Shown piece by piece: positions 42,282-47,184 of a stretch of 47,184 bases of DNA. Within the stretch, counting starts at the first letter, position 1, and the number at the start of each line of letters is the position of its first letter. The notes under the pieces are model-generated. The model searched no databases. It was not told the origin of the DNA and worked only from the letters and a program-made list of their open reading frames with translations. The stretch comes from Salisapilia sapeloensis CBS 127946 (lineage: Eukaryota > Protista > Oomycota). The DNA is taken from positions 1 through 47,184 of the forward strand of contig JAADVB010000148.1 in NCBI GenBank assembly GCA_023334545.1. Reading direction: 5' to 3'. Both the position numbers and the translations under genes were made by a program.

Positions 42282-43765
42282 ATGAAGTGCATCCACCGAG
42301 ATTTCGTATACGCCTTCCTTTTGCTTTGGACATTGACGAGCGTCTACGCTAAATAGAAAGATTCTAAGAATGGCGACTATGAAGACAAAGACATCGGTGA
42401 TAAAGAACTATCGAGTATGACCTTTCCAAGACACTTGGAGGAAGTGTAGATACATTGACAGAAGTTTTAATGATAAAGATCGTGTAACGCATTGTAGTAA
42501 CCTGACCGGAAATAAGATCATAAAGCTTGAAGGAGATCAACTTCTGCGAGCCAAAATACTGTAAAGCAATTTGAAATACGTGACGGCTGCATGGGCTTCG
42601 ACTTATTTTCTACATGCAGTGACATTAGTAGAAACCCTATCAAAGAAATTTTCGGAGTATTTTCAAATCTGGAGGTGATGTGCGTTTAATATGACTATGA
42701 TTGACGACAATTAGTACCTTTATTAAATCTAAACAGAGAATTCGGCGTCACGCCTTTGACGAGTCTGAATGGAGTCAACTTTCCCGCCCTTCGGGGTCTG
42801 TGAGTGTTCATGTCGGCACTGCTACGTAGATGATTGATAATCAGCTTAATAGTGCACACAAATAGACTACGCAGTAAAGGTAGCGTGAACGAAATCACTG
42901 GCGTATTGACAAGTCTCGATTACTTGCGAGGCTTTGGCTTTGGTTAGTGCACGACATATTTCTTATCGAGTGTATCTTTAGGTACTTGTACTACAACAAC
43001 ATTTCCGAAGTCAAGGCGTCGATGCCTGGGCTCACTGACGCGTAATATTTAGCAGTTCATTGTCTTTCTCTTACAACCGAAGCATCATGGATGAGCTAGC
43101 AAACTTTATGGAAACAAGTTCATCGAATTCAATTGCACTGGGACAAAGCTAAAGAAGTTGTAAGGCGCATTTTGTAACTAGGTTGGATGAACTGCGATTA
43201 CAAGTCTGAACTACATGAGACTGTCGGAGAATAAGCTGATCAACGAGAGCCTGCATAGAATCAAATACAAAGACCTAGATGAGCTGTATGTATCTGTATG
43301 TTTCCTTTCGCAAGTATACTACTGAACGAAGTGTACTGCTATCTGAGTGGTAACAACATCACTTCTCCCGGTGACTCACGCACATATAATCTCAGCTCCG
43401 TGAAGACTTTATACGTGATAGTATTTAAACCAGTAAGACGAATTATCGCAAACTAAGATTATGACAGTTATGCAGAGAACATGAATTTGACGAAGTGGAA
43501 TGGCGAATGACACAACCTAGAGGAAGTGTACGTATCACTCGCTGATCAATGTAGTTTTCCACTCTGATTTACTTTAAGTCACACGCAGGTACATGCAACA
43601 CAACAGTTTGTCCGAGATTACCGCGTACATCCCGAAAATCACCAAAATGTACGATAACTATTAAAATACGGACGAGACGATATACCTATGTAAGGTACCA
43701 CTAACCGATACTTTAAATGCTACAGGATGCTACAACATAACAAACTGGATTCTGTCGGAGTCTAG
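42282..43765 (+). pseudogene. Pseudogene of a secreted/receptor-type LRR protein, one LRR per exon (at least 12 exons)
   Basis: Signal peptide MKCIHRDFVYAFLLLWTLTSVYA followed by TAG at 42354. Then 60-72 nt phase-2 exons each encoding one LRR (NLTGNKI, DISRNPI, YLYYNNI, KLYGNKF, LLSENKL, YLSGNNI, YMQHNSL, MLQHNKL). Further stops at 43508 and 43763, with damaged splice sites at 43337-38 (TG acceptor) and 43411-12 (AT donor). Confidence 0.85.
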
Positions 43766-44385
43766 CCGAGACCTTATAAAGACAATTCGTCGTATACATC
43801 GATTTCTGCACCCACTCACTTGTGCGAAACGATGATCCAAGAGCATATTTTTGTGTGAGCTATAAAAGTTTGCTTTATTATATTTTACAATTTGATTAAA
43901 ATTTGCATTGATTTATAGAAACTTAGAGTATAGCCCTGTGGCTCGTAAAGCTAACCTTACCGATCCCGGCTTCCTGTAAATGATCGTACGCGTATTCTCC
44001 TATGCGAATTTGAGAACGTTTACTTTGGCTTTTAATGATCCGACTTACAATCTCTTCATAGATGGACGCCTGTAACCAGAAAGACACAAATCAGCGGGGC
44101 AATGATTGGAACAATCCAAGCAAGCAGTATGGGTTTGAAGAATCCGATTGTGTGGAAGACCTTGCATAATTTGACACGAACAAGCTGCTTGCTTTGCTTT
44201 ACCTTATTAATCACGTCCTTTGCATGTGAGATACCGGAAAGGAGTAAATAGTAATGCACTACGCTTATCTATTTTTAAAGAATCACGCGTATACTTGACG
44301 ATTTATAGATCTTTTACATTTGTATGATTTCAAAATCTTTGCGCAGCTTGGCTACGCTGTAAGCCTAATGCTTCTTCTCTTCTTT

Positions 44386-45918
44386 TCATGATTCACTGGA
44401 CAGATCATCCTGCCGAAGTCGTAGCTCAGTTATCTTCAGCCACACCAGCTGCCTATCACGTTCCTCATCTTTACAGTCAAGTTCCGAAATGCTACTCCTC
44501 CATCCATTTTCAACCAGCGTATCGTATTCCGCTTTACCATTCCCAGCGTCTCCTTCAGCAGAGTTTTCACTAGAGGCTCCTTGTTTAGGCTCGATGGTCC
44601 GAGCAGCGTCAGTGGTAGATGTAAATTGAGCAAAGGTGTTTAATGAACCTTCAATTGAAGGGTTTAGTTGATCCGACTCAAATTCATACACTTCACCAGC
44701 GCAAAATTCCTTGCCTGACAAATCACTTGAGCTTTCTGTAAGCTGAGAAATCCTAGACGACCCAACGATGGTTGACCCACTGCCCTCTTTTTCATATCGT
44801 CCAGCTCGAATTTCCTGTCGGGCTACTTTATAAGAATTTACTTGATCAGTAAAGTGGTCGCAAGCGGGGCAGAAGCGGAACTTCTTAGCCATCAACTTTA
44901 GTTTGGAAATAACCTCGTATAGCTCTATCTGATGAACGCATTTTCGACAGATCAGTGAATCACACAAGATACACGGGTAAGCTTTACGTAGAGGTCCGAA
45001 GCGCTTTTTACAGGATCGACACTCCGATCTGCTTTCAGCTTCACTTATTCCAACAAAGCGCATAACATCATCCTTGTCCACACTTTTCCTTTGAAGGAGC
45101 CACGAAAGTTTCTTTCGCTTTGCACATTGACCAGATGTCCAACTATCCATGAGTGTACTGGCCAAAGTGGCGACAGCAAAGGATTCGATGATACTGTTTC
45201 CCATTGCTTCATAATATCCTTTAATGAATACTTCAACCGTTTGATCCGCAAGAGGCTTGAAAAAATTACAAGTAGAAATGCGAGACCTTAAAATGCCTCG
45301 CTCTTCAAGTGAAGGAGTAGACGATAGATTGACCGAATGCATGATATAGTACCCAATGCGTTCGTCTTTACTGACTTGGAGAACTCCAGTCGCTCGAATA
45401 CAAACAGTGTCTCGGTCTTTGATGACGCCTCGTAGTGCTGGACTTGGACTTCCAGCGTGCCATTGGAGACAAGTCGAACGATACGGATGCTCCATAGTTG
45501 GTTTCTCAATTGTGGAGAGGATCTGGCAGTTCGTTACTGCTGGTCCTGAATATTTCATACCTTGTAAGATCGCTGCCTCGTCACCATACGCGAGGCCGTA
45601 TAGAAGGTCATCAAAGTTACTTGAGACCGATCCATTACCGACGACGACGCGAGGCATTTGCCATCCAGAACTATTGGTACTTGAGCCTTTTACCGTGCGT
45701 TGAGATGGATTTCGCTCTCGGTACATGGTCACATTGTTGGATGACTTAATCGGCTTCCAACGTTTGCTGTCCATTTCGCGAGGTACTGATTTATCAAACT
45801 TTTGATAGTGCCGAAGTGCTTCATGGACGAGTATCATTGCGATGCGCTTACAATCAGCCTTCTTTTCGTCCGAGAGGTAGAAACCTTCGTAGGCGTCTGC
45901 TGTCCAGCGCGTGGCCAT
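44386..45918 (-). CDS. START-like domain + FYVE-type zinc finger protein (oomycete-expanded family)
   Basis: N-terminal WKPIKSSNNVTMYRER...GSVSSNFDDLLYG...RDTVCI...GYYIMHSVNL (START-like), then CRSCKKRF...CILCDSLICRKC...FCPAC (FYVE-type Cys spacing). Confidence 0.9.
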   Translation of the reverse strand: MATRWTADAYEGFYLSDEKKADCKRIAMILVHEALRHYQKFDKSVPREMDSKRWKPIKSSNNVTMYRERNPSQRTVKGSSTNSSGWQMPRVVVGNGSVSSNFDDLLYGLAYGDEAAILQGMKYSGPAVTNCQILSTIEKPTMEHPYRSTCLQWHAGSPSPALRGVIKDRDTVCIRATGVLQVSKDERIGYYIMHSVNLSSTPSLEERGILRSRISTCNFFKPLADQTVEVFIKGYYEAMGNSIIESFAVATLASTLMDSWTSGQCAKRKKLSWLLQRKSVDKDDVMRFVGISEAESRSECRSCKKRFGPLRKAYPCILCDSLICRKCVHQIELYEVISKLKLMAKKFRFCPACDHFTDQVNSYKVARQEIRAGRYEKEGSGSTIVGSSRISQLTESSSDLSGKEFCAGEVYEFESDQLNPSIEGSLNTFAQFTSTTDAARTIEPKQGASSENSAEGDAGNGKAEYDTLVENGWRSSISELDCKDEERDRQLVWLKITELRLRQDDLSSES

Positions 45919-47027
45919 GATTTATAGATAGTACGTCCTTGCTTATTAAGAAGTGATGAAATGACGCAGTGTGAATACTTGAAGTGGAGACGATACAGTG
46001 GAAATCTCTGATGGCGTAACTTACCACATTCGATTGTGGTTGGTTAGCAGTTTGATAAATACGATCATATACCTCGGACAGAAACGGGAGCGATGCAATT
46101 GAAGATGAGGATGCTCGTGATGGTTCGATCACACTCTCAAGCTATGTACACTTTGACAGCACCTGAGCAAATTATATCGATCAATGGATAAATATGACAG
46201 TTTAAATGGATAAAGAGAGTGGATCCAGGTCATATGCGAACAAAATTGTACCTTGCCATCCACTTCATGTCTACCCACTCTTCACTTGCATGGTCTTTGT
46301 AGCCTCCGAGGGAATGAGATCGAATCCCATCCTCCTTGAGCTCCTGATGACAAAACTAGGAGCGTTATCAGACTAATCGAATAGCTTGCTCTATGTATAC
46401 CGCTATCGCCAAAAATGGAGGGAAATGGCAAGATAGGAGCGTACAGCTGTGTCGACAATCGGGCTTAGCGTCCTTGAGAGGTAAAAGGTCTCATCATCTA
46501 TCCAGGCAAATGGACTAGGGCCATCCTGTGTTCGTGAAGTGTGTTAAGCAGCTTGAAGAGCCACTGGATCTGGTGCCGTCTTTCGGTGGATACGCAAGGT
46601 TAGCATTACTGGTAATCTGAAATAGATATCGCTCTCTAGCTCCCTTCGATGGCTGGGCTACCGCTTTCCCGTTAGATTCAACTGATATGAACGCTTAATG
46701 CAATAAACGCACTCACTGCTTTAAGCTAGGCACAGCTCCAAGGCAGAAGTTTCATTTCCTGGTCAAAGTTGTCCAAAGTACGAGCGTTTGAAGACTTGTT
46801 CATCTGACCTGACTGTAGTCCTCTTGTTCATACCGAGGCCAAGATGCATACAAGACAATTAAAACTAGTCTGCGTGTGGTTGGAGACCTCTTGTAGTCTT
46901 TTAAATGGGATTGTGCAACTACGCTTCATTCAGTTTCTTCATGACTTTGAAGAGATACCTCGTATCTGTAACTTGAAATGGGATCAAGCACCGTTTAGTC
47001 TCGCTCGGTGCGACTGCGTGCATCAAA

Positions 47028-47184
47028 ATGACTACGCCTGCATCTTCACCAAAACCAGTAGGGTACGACCCACGCCAAGCCATGCCGCCTCAGGCTGTCG
47101 ATAATCAAGACTTGTCCGATGACGAGAACAACGTGCAAGTGAGCAAGTCAATCGAGACCCTCGACCTCGTGCGAGAGAGTGTCA
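47028..47184 (+). CDS. 5' end of a probable gene running off the window edge (unknown product)
   Basis: caaaATGa start; 52 open codons MTTPASSPKPVGYDPRQAMPPQAVDNQDLSDDENNVQVSKSIETLDLVRESV, with coding-like composition. Confidence 0.35.
   Translation, partial: MTTPASSPKPVGYDPRQAMPPQAVDNQDLSDDENNVQVSKSIETLDLVRESV

Noticed and set aside
27456-43765. In-frame stops in otherwise protein-like frames, suggesting stop-codon reassignment or read-through
   Set aside because: All three stop codons occur as lesions, together with broken splice sites and frameshifts, while intact genes end in TAA, TAG or TGA normally. Pseudogenisation explains this better.
44056-44259. Short hydrophobic ORF after the FYVE gene
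   Set aside because: 67 aa with no homology evidence; could be noise.
46400-46800. Faint kinase-like words (LHEH..VH, YAP) on the minus strand
   Set aside because: Scattered across frames and lacking HRD/DFG; not supportable.
1-47184. CRISPR arrays, rRNA, telomeric repeats, intact transposons
   Set aside because: No repeat-spacer arrays, rRNA motifs, TTTAGGG tracts, or RT/integrase/DDE catalytic ORFs were seen.

Overview
Gene-dense eukaryotic DNA read with the standard genetic code and spliceosomal introns. The gene families (TKL receptor-like kinase with an oomycete-type ectodomain, START-like+FYVE protein, CCCH-GGG repeat protein, divergent PX-like proteins, psq/CENP-B HTH proteins) point to an oomycete; this is inference and the species cannot be determined. 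I reconstructed about 19 intact protein genes by hand, including intron/exon structures for a 3-repeat MYB, TELO2, an uncharacterised repeat protein, a COPI-associated/TVP15 protein, a TRF4/TENT4-type nucleotidyltransferase and a PCGF RING-RAWUL gene. There is one tRNA-Arg(ACG), two clear pseudogenes and a possible Gypsy gag remnant. The most notable observations: (1) a decayed secreted LRR gene in which each LRR is its own symmetric phase-2 exon of 60-72 nt; (2) a tail-to-tail paralogous pair of pogo/CENP-B-type DNA-binding genes with no DDE domain; (3) a SAP/ARMET_C-like module plus coiled coil inserted in the P-domain of the P5A-ATPase; (4) a very tight 50-61 nt intron size class; (5) a pseudogene with a diverged 228-bp internal duplication; (6) a perfect 16-bp hairpin followed by a T-run. 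All family calls come from motif recognition by eye; no searches were run.
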